A stretch of 248,000 nucleotides of DNA from Octopus vulgaris (Eukaryota): positions 87,812,001 through 88,060,000 of the forward strand of contig OX597817.1 in the NCBI GenBank assembly GCA_951406725.2, read 5' to 3'. Shown here piece by piece: positions 1 to 15,659 of the stretch. A program made the translations under genes and the position numbers. The first letter of the stretch is position 1. Every line of letters starts with the position of its first letter. The notes beneath the pieces were generated by a model, which was not told the origin of the DNA, did not search any database, and saw nothing but the letters and a program-made list of their open reading frames with translations.

Positions 1-499
1 TGCTTTTTACATACCAGCAGCACATACACACACAGGCACACACACATATGTTGATTAAAATAGAAAATGAAAAAGCAAAACACTTGACATCACTCAAAGA
101 AACATTTAATTGCAATAGAGAATATAAACATAGTGCAGAGTAGTTATGATAAAAAGAGAGAGTCTCTCACAGCTTTTTCTAGAATAGCCAAATATGTGGA
201 TTATGATATTGTGTAAGGATTCCATAAGCTAAGTATGCTGTCATCAGAGAGAGAGAGAGAGAGAGAGGTCAGAAAATATAGAAATGAATACCCCCAATCA
301 AAGATATTAGTACTTTCCAAAAATTGAAGGAAGGATTGGAATGAAAAGTATATGTGTTTGGTAGTTCTTTGATCAAATAAATAATAAAGTTATTGCTAAA
401 GACAATTAGCAGTCTCATAGGTGAAGATTCGATGATAAGCCATGGCAAAGGATAATGGAAACTACTAGTTTCATTTTTGAATGTGTGTGTGTGTGTGTG

Positions 500-1055
500 T
501 GTAAAAGAAAACCGCAATGTCATAGGAGAGAAATGTATCTGCATGGATGATGGCTCACTTGCATTTAATGAGGCTGCAAAGAAAGAGACTTGGAGATGCC
601 ACTATGAATGGTTGCTAAATGAAAACAATGAATGGGAGAAAGAGAGTTTGCCAAATGTTGACTCAACTGAAGGACCAGCTATCTGAATTGACAGTACTTT
701 GGTAGATAAAGCAATTAAGGGTATGAAGACAGGGAAAGCCCCTAGCCCATGAAAAATCACCATACAGATGCTTAAAATATCTGGCAATGTAAGTTATAGT
801 CTATAGTTAACCAGGTGATACACACAGAAGTCGTACACAAGTGTAGCCAATGCATGTGCCACCTGACTGGCACCTGTGCCAGTGACATGTAATAAGCACC
901 CACTACATTCTCAGAGTGGTTGGTGTTAGGAAAGGTGTCAAACAGTAGAAACCTTGCCAAATCAGATTTGAGCCTGGTGCAGCCTCCCGGCTTACCAGTT
1001 CTGTCAAACTGTCCAACCCATGCCAGCATGGAAAGTGGACATGAATCGACAATGA
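500..1055 (+). mobile_element. RTE-clade LINE fragment with 3' end
   Basis: VIGEKCICMDDGSLAF..NEWEKESLPNVD matches the ORF of the full-length RTE at 216-219 kb; ends in a gatgat tail. Confidence 0.8.
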
Positions 1056-3104
1056 TGATATATGTATATGAATTTTCTCAATACATCTCATTTACCAACC
1101 ATTTTGATGAGTTCTTCAGAATTGATTCTCTCTTTGAGCTCCATTTGTTTGCATGTGATCAAGGTCCCTTTTTCTTAAGACTAACAGATAATAATATAAA
1201 GACAACTCCCAATCATATTGTCATCAGCATCATGGTTTTAATTTTTTTTTAATATACAGCTCTGTATGGGTTGTTTCTACTTCAGTCACTTCTCTTCAGT
1301 TCTCCGCTGCTATAACTACTTCATACCATATTTCCCTGAACTTAAAATAGTTCTGCTATACACATTTCTTTGTCCATTCCTAAGAATCAGTATTTCTAAC
1401 CAGCTTACCTACTTAAACCATCCCTTCCTCTACCATCCCTTCCTCTACCTTGTTATTGTTGTTTAGTTCTAGCTTAGCTCTAGTTAAGTAGATGTATGAA
1501 TGAAGCCAATCCAGTCTTGGCCAGCTCTTTCAATAAGATAATAGAGTGTAATTTACGGATGGGTTTACAGTTACTTCTAGCAAGTCAAATGACTACATAG
1601 AGGTGTCATTGTTGGACCGTCTGTTAGTTTATTGTATTTATTATTTTATCAAAATACTTTAGGTAGCAAGCTGGCAGATTATTAACACTCCAGAAAAAAA
1701 TACTTAGTGGCATTTCTTCCAGGTGGGTTCTGAGTTCAAATGCACCAAGGCCAACTTTGCTTTTCATCATTTCAGAAGCAATAAAATAAATACCAGTTCA
1801 GCACTGGACTTGATAAATGGTCTTTCTTCTCTCAAAATTCACTGGCCTTAAAAGGTGGCAAGATGGCAGGATCATTAGCATGCCGGGGGAAAATGCTTAG
1901 CAGCATTTTGTCTGTCTCCACATCCTGAGTTCAACTTCTACTGATGTTGATTTGTCTTTCATCCTTTCAGGGTCGATAAAATAAGTACCATTTGAGGGTG
2001 ATGCAATCAACTAACACCCCTGTCTCTCTCAAAATTGCTGGCCTTGTGTCAAAATTTGAAAGCATTTTATTAAAATACTTTGATTTTATTCTACTCTAGT
2101 AGTAATTTAAGTAGAAGTAAAATTGGAACTGCCAACAAACTGGAGCTTTTTTATCTCAACTAAGCCTTGGACAAGATTGGTAAAAGTAGACCACTCATTA
2201 TTGCTTATTACTCTTTTACTCTTTTACTTATTTCAGTCATTTGACTGCGGCCATGCTGGAGCACTGCCTGTAGTCGAGCAAATCGACCCCAGGACGTATT
2301 CTTTGTAAGCCTAGTACTTAATCTCTCTATTACTCAGTGATAGATTGATAAATTCTTTTTGTTAACTAACCACTTATTGATTAGTGATAATTAAGATAAT
2401 TATCTAACAAGTCAAAGAGTTATTATTTAGCTCAAGTCTAATCCCATCTGGTTTGTTTCTTATGAAATTAGACCAAATTTGTGTCTGGGTGAAATTTCCA
2501 TCAGTGTAATACAAATAATGAAATTGGTAGAGCCTGGAAGTTTAAAACCTCACATTCCGTCACTTATTCATTTGATTGCTGTCATCCTTAATTTCATTTG
2601 GAAAATTGATTACATTATATAAACCAAGAAGACTCTATAAAATAGCTTTGCCCAATTTTACTGGTTTCTTAATATAAAGGAATTGCTTGATTCAATTGAA
2701 TGACTGCAACTTTTGTCAGGGATTGAAACAGTCTTTGATAATCACAAAATTGCTTTTTCCTTTCTTTTAATCTGCTTCAGATAGGGGATTATTATTTTTT
2801 TTTTGTGGATGCATGTGTTTGCTTGTTTGTTTTTGGTTTTCTTTCTTTCCTCGTTCCATACATTATGGCAGGAAATAAATCTAATTACTGATTTGGTGTG
2901 TTTTGTGTGGAATTTAATGTTTTACATTGTATTTAATAGTTAAAGGAAAATAGAATATGTTGAGGCCAACAATACATTTTCAGATACCAATTCTCCTGGA
3001 GATTACACATTTAAATATATCATACCATTTGTAATTGGAAGTAACTACCTTCAGCAGTCCAGATAAATTTTATATATTAAGATTACTTGCACCTGTATTC
3101 TATA

Positions 3105-3143
<39 letters not shown>

Positions 3144-5609
3144 TTAGGGCATGTCTTTTTGACTTCTCTCATAGTGCTGTATGAACATTTAATGTGGTTT
3201 TAGAGTCAAGTTTTGGCTGCTATTTCCAGCATGGTGATATCTCTTACATACCCTAAATTATAATTTTAATAATAATTATTACCTTTGAAGGTTTTTATTC
3301 CCATGCTGGCCATTTGATAAGATTGATATTTAAATAACGATCTTATCCTTATTTATATAAATTTATATATTTATTTCATCATTATATTCACTGCAGTGAT
3401 ATTTTTTACCATATCGCATGAGGAGTTTTAGGTGGGCAATTTAAACTGGCCATGTGCATACGTGTATATATATGTATGTATACGTTTGTATATGTAAGTA
3501 TTTGTATGTTATATATATATATTTGTATTTATGTGCTATCTGTGTATATTCCACTGATGAGGCAAAGCATTTTTTATGCAGAGCCAGAAATTTGGGATCT
3601 GGAATTATCCAGTAATTTTTTTGCTAGTTTGAATATACTACCTTGAATATATCAAATCTTCACATGTTTGTTCCTCGATGTTGCTGTTGTTTTTTTTTGT
3701 TTTTTTGTACTGATTACACCATCCAATTATTATTCTTATGTGAAACTATTTCATTTCCTCTGTTTGAGAAAGATGAAAGAATCATAACTTCTCACTTTAT
3801 CTTCTAAAACTCTCAAGCCTCTCTTTTATTTATTTATGTTTTCCTTGAATAATTATTATTTCTCTCATTCATATAACTCCTAATCAAAATATCGACAGAC
3901 TTAAGCCACTATATCCAGCCTAGAAGATATCCTCTCCTACTTCTGCATGTCCTATTTATGAGAAGGATCTACTCTGAGAAATTGATAGTCATATGCAAAC
4001 TCTTTAATTTGATATCTTGAACATTCGTTAATACTGCATTAAGAAAAAAAAATTATATCTGTTCTTCAAAGATGAAAAACACTTCAGTAAATCTGTTGAG
4101 ATCAGCAGTCATATATGTAAGAGAGGAAACTGAAGTACAGTTTTTTATTTATTTATTTTTTTAGTTTACTTAAGAAACTAGATTGTTCGAACTAGCAGGA
4201 CATTTTCGTCCAAATCTCTATTTGGAAACATGTATTAGTTGTATACAGTACTTCAGAGTTTTGAAAACTCTCCAAGAGAACTGTAATGAAAGAAACAGAT
4301 CATTTAGAAAATCAAGAAATAGAATATACTGGGGAAAGATGATGATACTTTAAGATCAATATAAAAAAATAAAAAGCTGGTAAATACAGTGTTGCTTCTT
4401 AACTGTGTTTTCTGTTGGTTTTTATTTAATTTTTTTTGTCTAGATTTTTCAGCTATTGGTTTCTGCTACTATAACTGCCATTATCCATGTATTTTGTTGA
4501 TTATATTTACAAACTTTCAAGTTACAGTCAGTCTTTTATTAATGTCATGTTTTTTTGGGGTTTTTTGGTTTAAAAATAATATAAGAATTTATTCTTCTAA
4601 AGTAAAGAATTGGTTGAATAAGGTTGTGGAATTTCAGGAAAACTTGAATGAAGTATTGCTAACTAAGAAAAACATTTGCTAATTCTACAGTGTTACCGAG
4701 TGCCAACACAGTGAGGCATCCACCTGACTACTTCTGTTATTTAATTCATTCTTTTATGCTCCGATCGTCAAATTCCACCAAGATTGACTCTGTATCTTCT
4801 GCCTCTGGGGTTTGCCAAATATACTTTTTTTTATAATAATATATAGAATATGTATTTATCCTCTGCTCTAATGTGTTAAATAATCACTGATTTGAAATTC
4901 TTTCATCAGAATTATCTTGACTTTCTTTATATCAGATAAACAAGAAGCACTGAAACAGGTGTCAAGTAACCATTTAGTTTCTTAGGAATTATTAAAGAAA
5001 GGTAAAGGAAAAGATACTGTGAAGAGACACTGCCTTAAAAATTATAAAATGGTCAACAAAAGATTTAAAATACATAAGATTATATCTTATTAGAGAGGAG
5101 GCATTGTTGCATTCATGCTTTCCCTAAGTACAGAGTGAATAAGGAAGCTACCTCTGCGATGTATTCAGGGTTGCAAATTTAGTTTATTGTTATCTTAGAA
5201 CTTACTTTCTTGTGTGCACTATAAAGCCCATCTGATCTTGCTCTCTCCCTCTCTCTTCAGTATAAATATATATATCATCAAAAATACATATTAATATATA
5301 ACTCAGCAAAGATATCATCATCATCATCATCATCATCATCATATATATATATATGTTAATCTATTAAAATATATTTATATATAATATATGTATGCATTTT
5401 AATAAATTAATAAAGATATATATATATATATATATATTAATATAAATATTTTTGTATAAATTTCATCAAAGCTATTAATAGATTAAAATCTATAAATATT
5501 TATCACACCAAAGATATGTATCAGTAAATTAATGTATTTTGCATCAAAGACATAGATATAGATTAAAACATATATATACATAATGTAAATAGATAGATAG
5601 ATATAGATT

Positions 5610-5654
<45 letters not shown>

Positions 5655-5664
5655 CTCATGCAAG

Positions 5665-5704
<40 letters not shown>

Positions 5705-6613
5705 TATCTACTTCATTTTCAATGTCATACCATACCACCTTTTTCTCCAATTCTGACCTCCCCTTTCCCATCTGTACATCTCATTTTGCCAACAGCTTCC
5801 CCCTTCCTGACTCACACTTATCTTGTCAGCCTCTCCTCCAGCTGATACTTATGAACAACCACACCTCTACTACATCCATCATTCACTATATTTCCCTTAT
5901 CTCCATCCCTATCCACCTGCCACACTCCTTCACAGTCCCATGAACTCACTCACCCATACCACTTCTTTTATATTCACCTTCTTGTAAGTTGAGCATGTGC
6001 TTTGTCACTTCTTGACCACCATCTTCTTTCTTTTTCAATTGAGGTTACCATATATCTCCCTACTAACCTCTTATCACCTGGCATAAAGCCTCCTCTTTCA
6101 ATACTACTCTCCCTCAGCTGAAGAGTAGGGGCCTTGTGAGTTCATTGGTGTCCTCACTAGTGGTCAGTGCCATATGGAAAGCATTCAGTACACTCTGTAT
6201 AATATGTGGCATTAGGAAATGGCATCTAGGTGTGAAAACTATGCCAAGGCAGATGTTGTAGTTTGGTGCAGTCCTTTAGTTTACAATCCAACCCATGCCA
6301 GCATGGAAAGCAGATGCCAAATAATAATAGTGATGGGGATGTATTCACACACACAGACACACACACACACACAAGTGAGGCCAAGTGAGACTCTAATTGT
6401 GACTGATGCCAGTGTCAGGTCATTGGCACTCATGCTGGTGGCACGTAAAAATCACCCACTACGCTCTCGGAGTGGTTGGCATTAGGAAGGGCATCCAGCC
6501 ATAGAAACCTTGCCAAATTCAGATCAGAACCTGGTGCAACCCCCATCAGCTTACCAGTTTCCAGTCAAACCGTCCAACCCATGCCAGATATTAAATGATG
6601 ATGATGATGATGA

Positions 6614-6651
<38 letters not shown>

Positions 6652-8109
6652 ATATATATCTCATCAAGGATATATACCAATTAGTATGTAAATTGATATA
6701 TATCTGATCTAAGATATATTGATAGATTAAAATAAATTAATATATGTCTCATGAAGGACATATTTGGATATATTAATATATATTATCAAAGAGTAGTACT
6801 TAGCATACCCATTTATATATAGGCTGAAAGAGCTAATAATAGTTGTCTTGACCATAGATACAACATATAGTCATCATTCATCCTTCTTATAAAAGATGTT
6901 TCCCTCTGTAACTATAACCAGACTAGAAGGGGCTGCACTATATATCTGTGTGTAATTACATCCAATGTGTAAAGACTGCACCTTGTATCAACATCATTTA
7001 ACATCTGTCTTCCATGCTGATATGAGCTCCACTTTCTGCTTTGGCATAGTTTCAATGACTGGATACCTTTCCTAACACCAACCACTTTCCAGAGTATATC
7101 AGGTGCTTTTTTTTGTGTGTCACCAGCATTAATAAGGTCACCAGGTAACTCACAAGACCAAATACCTTGACTGTGTGGAAGTGAAGTATTGAAGGAGGTG
7201 GCTTTATGTCAAGTGTTGAGAGGCAAGAGTATGATAAAAGGATAGGAACAGATGTCTTGCTGTAGAGGACATATATGGCTGACCCAGCTGGAAAGAGGAA
7301 AAAAAACTAGATGACGGTGACGAGGTGCCAGGACATACCTTCAAAATACAGAAGGTGAATAAGAGGAAGACAGGGACAGAAGAACAGGAGTGGCAGGTGG
7401 CTAAGTTTGTGAGAGTGTAAGGTGAGGATATAGGTGAATGCAATGAATGGTAAACAGGAGAAGAGACTTAATTAGTGGTAAACATCAGTTTGGTGAGTAG
7501 GATGAAGAAAATAGGAGTGGTTCTTGGAGGAGGGGGAGGTGGTCAGAGGCTATTCAAAAAATACATCCAATTTGTAAGAGATTTTGCATCAATTCTAGTT
7601 CACATTATTTCAAATAGAACTAAGGTGGTGAACTGGTCAGATTGTTAGTACATTGGGCAAAATACATTTTGTCTGTCTTTATGTTCTGAGTTCAAATTCC
7701 ACTGAGGTTGACTTTGCCTTTCATCCTTTTGGGGTCCATAAAATAAGTGCCGGTTGAGCACTGGGGTTGATATAATCAACTTACTCTCTTCCCTGAACTT
7801 GGTCTTGTTCCAAAATTTGAAACCATTATTCAAGTATAACTGAAGGGACAGCATAGCGCAATTTATAGAGTGCTAGACAAAGTACTTTGATCATGAGGGT
7901 CCCAATAATATACTGTGGCAAGTTTAATCTATTTTGGATCCTCAAGAGTTGTTGGTCTTTTGCCAAAATTAAAAGTCTTTATTCAACTGAAATCTTTACT
8001 TTTCAGAAGCCTAAAGGTAGTTTGTCAAAGAGTTCTTAATATCAATAATTTTGCCAACTTACATATTCCATGCCAGTTCCTAATCATTTTCTTTCTTTCT
8101 CTTTCCTAG

Positions 8110-8185
8110 GCTCTCAGCTTAAAGTTCATTTCACATGCTTTCAACAATATGAACCCTCACACTAAAGAAATTTACAACTTACTTG
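8110..8185 (+). CDS. TBC1D32: TBC1D32 exon
   Basis: ttcctag/gtaaat; ALSLKFISHAFNNMNPHTKEIYNLL; phase 0-1. Confidence 0.8.
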
Positions 8186-10202
8186 GTAAATAAGACATTT
8201 TTTATGCACTTCATACTAATGTGGTTTTGTATTTGTGTTTATTATTGTTGTTGTTGTTATTTCTAGTTTGAACTGTGGAACCGCAAAGCTGGTTGCTTAA
8301 CAAACAAAATACCCAGTCACAATTTTTTTTTCATCTTTTCTCAATATCATTCCCAAAATTAAGAGTCAATTTATCTCTCAACTTTCGACTACCAATACAA
8401 TACCAGTAAAATATTGGGGGGTTGATTTCAATGACTGCTCCTTTGTTTTGTGTCTGCCTTTGAAACAAATGTTGTTTTGGCTGTTGATATTGTTTTCTCA
8501 TTAATGCTTTTGTAATGTCATTATCGTTGTCTTTGTGATGATGATGATGGCAGTGGTTATTTTTGTTGTTATTTCCCCCCAAACTGAAACAGGCTCTGAT
8601 CAAGAATACCTACATCTACAGTGACATTACTCAATGTGCCGTTCTATTTTTAAAACAGTAGGGTGTAACGTTGAACGAAATCTGGCTGTTCTTTTTAGCA
8701 GGTCAAACGGGCACATTGCTGCTGCTGTGAAATCTCCTCTACCCACAGTTACAAGTTTTGTTGCTGTAGTAGTAATGGTAGTGGTGGTGGTGGTAACAGC
8801 AGCAGCAGCAGTTGTGGTAGTTAATTATACCATTGTCTTTTGCTTCTTAAAACTTCTCCACTAATGAGGATTGTTATGTGTGTTGTTTGTGTTATTATTG
8901 TTCTTGTGGTTGTTGCTGTTTGTGCTATTGGTGTGGCAGTATGCACACAATTGCACTATTGGTGTTGTTGCTTTTATGCATGTCTCATTCTTCTTGCTGT
9001 TAATGTCGTTGTTGTCTATGTAATTTCTGTTCTTAAATGTTATTTGTGTATGTTTTTTTTTTTTGCTGTGTTTGTTGTCTTCATTTAAATTTTGTTATTT
9101 ACTGTTAATGAAAATTTTCACTTTCAATTAATTTAAATGAAATTCAATTTTGTTTTGGTTAATTCCATATGTCAAGGATTTCTTCCGCATCTAGTGATTA
9201 GGTGCCATGCTGACATCATCATTTGGAAGGGGACATGCACAACACACACATACTTGCACACTACACACATATAAACACATACTTGTACACTACACACATA
9301 CACACCTACAAGCTCACACACAAAAGACAGACACAATGCAAATACACACACACAATCACACACAATCACTCACAGATACACACACATACAATACAAATAC
9401 ATACACTCACACACACATGCACGCACACACTTATGCATGCACATACACATATGTACACACATTTCACACACAACACACATACACACACACACTCACATGC
9501 ACATACACACAATGCACACATACAATACACATACACATGCAGATACACACATGCACATACACATGCACACACACATTCCCTTCTTTAGAGTTCTTTTCCT
9601 ATTGCTTACTTTCTTTTTCTTTATTTGGTCTTCTCTCCATCCCCTCCATCTCCCCACCACCACCACCATACTCAACCACTTTCCTCTCTTTCGCTTTGTA
9701 TACATACAGATAGAATTAACCTGGCTTTCCTTTTTTTTTCTTCTTCTTATTTATTATCAACATCATCATTATCATTATTACTTTTATTATCATTATTATT
9801 ATTTACTTTTCTCTCCCCTTACTTTTGTCATCCCCTCCCCCAACTCCAACCCCAACCCCCACCGGTCCATTATTTACTCCTGTTCTTTGGTAATCAAGAT
9901 TTTAAGATTTGAGTTTATGTTTTATCATTGATTAATGGTTCCACTTCAAAAGATACTGATGTTCTGCTAGAAAACTCAATAGAATATCTGCTGGAATTTT
10001 AATGTAGAACTATGTAAACTTCCACTAACAACATTTATCTTTGGGTTTTTCTTGTGTTTTCTTTTTTTTTCTTTTTTCTGCTGAATCAATAATGTGATTC
10101 ATTCCTCCTCCACCTCTTTCTTCCTCCACTTTATATGTATATATTCTGTGCAAAGAATAGCAATGAATATGTATGTATAATATATATATAGATATTGTGA
10201 GA

Positions 10203-10245
<43 letters not shown>

Positions 10246-12262
10246 CACATACATACAGTAAGTTTAGTCTTTTTGGCTATGAAGTGTATATATACACACA
10301 CACACCCATACACACTCTCTCACATGCATACACGCAGTAAGTTTAGAATTGTATTATATATATATATGTGTATATATATATATATAGTCAGTTTAGAAAT
10401 TATATACACACACACTCACGCACACACACTGAGTAACTTTATTGTATTTTATGTATGTATGTATGTATGTATGTATTGTGAGTATAGAACAACGTATAGG
10501 AAATTATATGATGAGAATGTTTCTCGTACATATTTATATGAAGTCAGAAGCTGCTTAGATTTGTTGTTCCAGTCATTATTTTGCTTAATTCACAACTGTT
10601 TTATTATTGTAAACAGAAAACAGCCTAATATTGGAGCCATTCCCACATGTGCTCAACATATCATTTCTAGAATCTATTGGTTATTCATTCAACAAATGTG
10701 ATAATTCTTCAGAGAGATTTTAGATTTTGTCTTGCAAAATATCTATATTACTTTTCAGACACAATATGATAAGTTAGCACATTCCTCATTTAGTATAAGA
10801 GCCAAAATTTTCTTAATCTTAGTATTTTCTTAATTTCTTAGTGTCTTAGAGAATTTGTATATATGGCTTCATCTAAATTAGTTAGAAGTTGTTCCTTTCT
10901 GAACATTCATTTTGATTAATCTTTTAGCAATTAAACCGGCCATATCCAGCCAAAATTTTCAACTTTGTTGTATCTTCAAAGTGGCCAGATCCAGCCTCTC
11001 GCACTTCCCCTACAATGCTATTCTGAAAATAAACAATAATGTCATTGAAATCTCAAAGTTACAAAGTAATGTATGACTAATTCATATCAATGTAAATAAA
11101 TAAGCATTACATTATGTACCTCACATAAAGTAGCCTCTCGCGGATGCAGCTTCTACACATATAAACAGGTGTGGCTGTATGGTAAGAAGCTTGCATCCCA
11201 ATCGCATTGTACTGGACCTAGTCCCACTGTATAGCCCCTTGGGCAAGTGTCTTCTACTATTGCTTCAGGTCTATTGCTTCCCTTTCCCTACACCATGAGA
11301 ACTTCTTGACAAAATTGTTTGACAGAGATTTTCTATCATCTCTCAACTCTTAAATGAGAAGCTTTCTGCTCAATCACATTTTTATGGGGCTCTGCTTAAC
11401 CCACAGCTCCATAGCATTCAAATCATTTTGTCAAATATGTTTATTTATGCATTATGCTGTAGCTTTGAAATTTCAATGATGTGATTGTTTATTTTTAGAA
11501 TGAAATTGTAGGGTCAGTGTGAGAGGCCAGATCTGGCCAATTTGAACATAAAACAGGTAGAATATTTGGACTAAATATAGCCTTGGTAAATGCTAAATGT
11601 TTAAATCTCGTATGCTTCTTCTCTACATCTACAAACTGCTTTAAGTGAATATATGTGCACCTAGGCAGATGGTACCAACTTTGAATCTTTCATACACCCA
11701 TGTCATCTTCATGCATCTTAGTCATCCCATCACAGTATTTCTGTTAATAGAAACCTCAGTAACATCCTTGAATAAGGTTGTGACAATTTCATTCAAGAGC
11801 ACCAGGACGCATTCATTACATCAATGCACTGTCCTACATTCCTCTTAGTCAAGAATAATATCCTGTTCTACATGCTTCTTGGTCAGGAACAGCACACTGG
11901 ACTACATTAGTCAACAATAACATGGTATACTAAATCCTGGAATCATTACAAATACCAAACCATCCAACATTTAATTGCAACTACAGATTTATAGCCAAAA
12001 CTGCAATTCTGAATTAGACTTCACCTCCTTCAACCAAAATGTACTTCAGCTTCCAACATTCTACAAGACCTAAATGTACCTCACATAAAGTAGCCTCTCA
12101 CGGATGCAGCTTCTACACATATAAACAGGTGTGGCTGTATGGTAAGAAGCTTGCATCCCAATCGCATTGTACTGGACTTAGTCCCACTGTATGGCCCCTT
12201 GGGCAAGTGTCTTCTACTATTGCTTCAGGTCAACCAAAATAGCCTCAAGCTGACCTAAACCC

Positions 12263-12332
<70 letters not shown>

Positions 12333-13119
12333 TGTACAGTCAAAGCTAAAAGTTTGGAACAGTTTCTTAAAAATTAAAATTGTTATACCCCAATAAAATT
12401 CGGTTCAAATATATACAATCTATATATTTCGGGGTATTTAATATAAAAATTCTAATTTTCAGGCCTATGTTCCAAACTTTTGACCATGCCAGTATGTGTC
12501 TGTGTGTCAGTGTTTCTTCCCCACCACTCCTTGACAACCAGTGTTGGTGTGTTTACTTCCTGTTAACTTAGCAGTTTGGCATAAGAGACTAATAGAATAA
12601 GTACTGGGCTTAGAAAAATCATTCCTGGTGTCGATTTGTTTGCCTAAAACCCTTCAAGGTGGTGCTCCAGCATGGCTACCATCAAATGACTGAAACAAGT
12701 AAAAGATAGAAGATAAAGATAAAGAAAACCATTCTACATTGCATCTAAATAAAAGCCATCCAACTGCTAGGCAGACCATCTCTCACTAACACACTATGAC
12801 TACTAATTTACCAATCAATGCATTCTATCCTGCTGTAGATGATCAAATAAAAGGTGGCTGGTTCACTTCTGAAAAATGCGAAAAAGTTTTTTTTTTATTT
12901 TTATTATTCTCATGAACACTAAATCTTCCAATAATAATGTATTCCTCAATAAAATTGGCTAAATTTTGCCTTCAGGGAAAAAAGTATTGGATTTTATAGT
13001 CAATAAATTTCTAATTTATGGAAATGTCTTTTACCTATTTATGTCAGATTTTGCTCCAAGTATTAAAATTAAGAGCATGTTACCTAAAAATATGTTAATG
13101 TTGTGCTGTATTTTCACAG

Positions 13120-13226
13120 TGGAGTCTTTGATATTCCAAATTCTATCACATGAGGATCATCCATCGATATCACTACAAAATGGTTTAAATGTCATGGCAC
13201 CAGAAATGGTAAAAATTTTTAAAATG
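13120..13226 (+). CDS. TBC1D32: TBC1D32 exon
   Basis: ttcacag/gttagt; ESLIFQILSHEDHPSISLQNGLNVMAPEMVKIFKM; phase 1-0. Confidence 0.8.
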
Positions 13227-13589
13227 GTTAGTTTCTTTTATATCAACTGTGTTGTCATTCAGAATAAATCTCCATTAATCCTTTGATTTAATTTTTAGAA
13301 TATTGATTTTGTTGTTTTTTGATTTGTGTAGACGTATATTGGTTGGGCAGTGAACAAGGATTACTATATCCTAATTAATTGTTTTCTGATTATCCGAGAT
13401 GACATAGTTCAATGGATAGAATGTTGATCTACAAACCTAATAAATAGCATTTCAGATCACATCTCCAGCACTCTGTTATGTCAAGGATCAACTCTTTAAC
13501 TTTCAGTGACTCAGTCTACTTACTTCATGTCAATAGGTATCATGACTACATACAACTAATTGCTGTAATGAACAGGTTACTTATCATCA

Positions 13590-15190
13590 TCATCATCATC
13601 ATTTGATGTCCATTGTCCATGCTGGCATGGGTTGGACTGTTTGGCCAGAGCTGGCAACTTGGGGACCTGCACCAGACTCCAGTCTGATTTGGCAAGGTTT
13701 CTACAGCTAGATACCTTTCCAAACACCAACCAACCAACTATTTTACAGAGTGTACTGGGTGCTTTTACATGGTACTGCATGGGTGCTCTTATGTGGGGCT
13801 GCACAGGCACTTTTACATGGCATTGGCACGGTTTTACACCACTACAGGGATTGGTCTTAACACTCCTGCTGTGGAGTATGGGTCTTCTTGAATACAGCAA
13901 GTTGTCAGGTATCTCGGTTCTTTGTTGCCTGCAAAGTTCAATATCCTGAAGTTATTCTTCACTAATTCATCCCATGTCTTCCTGGGTCTCCCACTTCCAC
14001 GTGTTTCATCCACTTTGAGAGATCAGTACTAATTAATGGAGCTGTTGTCATCCATCTGCATCACATGACCAAACCAGTGCAGTCTTCTCTCTTGCACTCA
14101 GCAACCAGTTCCTTTTATGCTTAACTTCTCTCTCAAAGCACTAGCACTCTGTCGAATGTGTACACTTACATTACACATCCAATGGAACATATTAACCTCG
14201 TTCCTTTCTAACCTTTGCATGTCTTCTGCATTCAGGGCCCATGTCTCACTACCATATAAAATTCCTGTCACACAACCTTTCTTTCATTCAAAGAGAGAAA
14301 CCTTTCATGGCCAACAAAGGTAACAGCGCACTGAATTTCCTCCATCCTATTCTTGTTCTAGCTGTCACATTCTCTGTGCATCCTCCTCCACTACTAATTT
14401 GGTCCCCTAAATTGCAGAAATTATTTACTACCTCTAATAAGCCACCAGAGCAATTGAGTCTCTTAAATTTTTTATGGATCCTGTGCGTCTTTCACATATG
14501 AAAACTATTTTCATTGATAACCTTCATATTAATCCACCTCACTTCTTATGTGTCCATAGCTTACACTGGGTACACCATATGGAGTTCCTGCCTACACCTT
14601 TCCTAGAAATCGAACAGGGCCACCTACTTGAGTGGGGGAGTGTTCTGTTAGTTTTCTTGCTTACTAGGACCTTAGTCTTTGCTAAGCTAACCTTAAGGGC
14701 CTTAGATTCCAGGTTTTTCTTCCACACCTAGAATTTCTCGTCTAGCTCTGATATGGAATCTGCTATGAGGGCAAGATCATCAGTATATAGTAGTTCTCAG
14801 GGGCTGCCGGTCTTGATTTTCTGTTATGGCCTGAAGGACAATAATAAAAAAAGTGGACTATGGACTGAACTTTGATGAACCCCTACATGTACATCAAATT
14901 CTTCACTGTACTCATGGTTAACTTTCCCCCTACTGACAGCGTCTTTGTGCATGGCCAGTACAGCTTTCACTAGTCACTTGTCTATCCCTAGCCTCCGTAG
15001 AACTCACCATATCACACAGTGGGGCACCCTATCAATGGCTTTCTTTAGATTATCAAATACCAGGTATAATAGTTTATTCTTAACTAAGTTATTCTATGTG
15101 GAAATTCTGCTGTGGACCAACTCAAGTTAATTGGAACTGACTCCCAGGAAATCCATTTGATGGATTTATCTTCCAGAGGAATCAAGAATT
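13590..15190 (-). mobile_element. Degenerate RTE LINE (RT C-terminus and 3' UTR)
   Basis: ORF fragments LESKALKVSLAKTKVLVS..CSISRKGVGRNSIWCTQCKLW; (cat)n tail at ~13585. Confidence 0.8.
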
Positions 15191-15659
15191 GTATTCAACT
15201 TGATACTTGACATTTTGATATCTCTCTCTCTTTCTCTCTCTCCACTGACATTCTCTCTCTCTCTCACACACACACTCACACACACGCACATATACATATA
15301 TATTATTCACAGCTCTTATTCTTTCCCTCCCCTACTAACCATACAGTTCTTCTACAAGAGCCTGCTTTGCCCTTCCCCCATCACCACCACTCCTCCTTTA
15401 CTCATTCCCTAACATTATGCCAACTCTCCACTTCCTTCAGAGTTTGTGGTCTTGCAAGTCACATGGCAACATCAGTAGTGCTGGTGGCACTAAAATGGCA
15501 CCCGGTTCACACTGTAAAGCGATTGGTATTAGGAAAGGCATCCAACCATCGAAACCAAGCCAAAGCAGACACTGGAGCATGATGCTATCCTTAGACTCAT
15601 CAGATGCTATCAAACTGTCCAACCCATGGCAGCATGGAACATGGATATTAAATTATATA

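Noticed and set aside
9172-10701. Long ORFs made of HT/YI/CV repeats (also many others in the ORF track)
   Set aside because: Translations of (CA)n, (TA)n and (CAT)n microsatellites; no splice or homology support
13390-13475. tRNA gene
   Set aside because: Decayed A/B boxes and no closable cloverleaf; none of the tRNA-like heads I examined in the window looked like more than a SINE head
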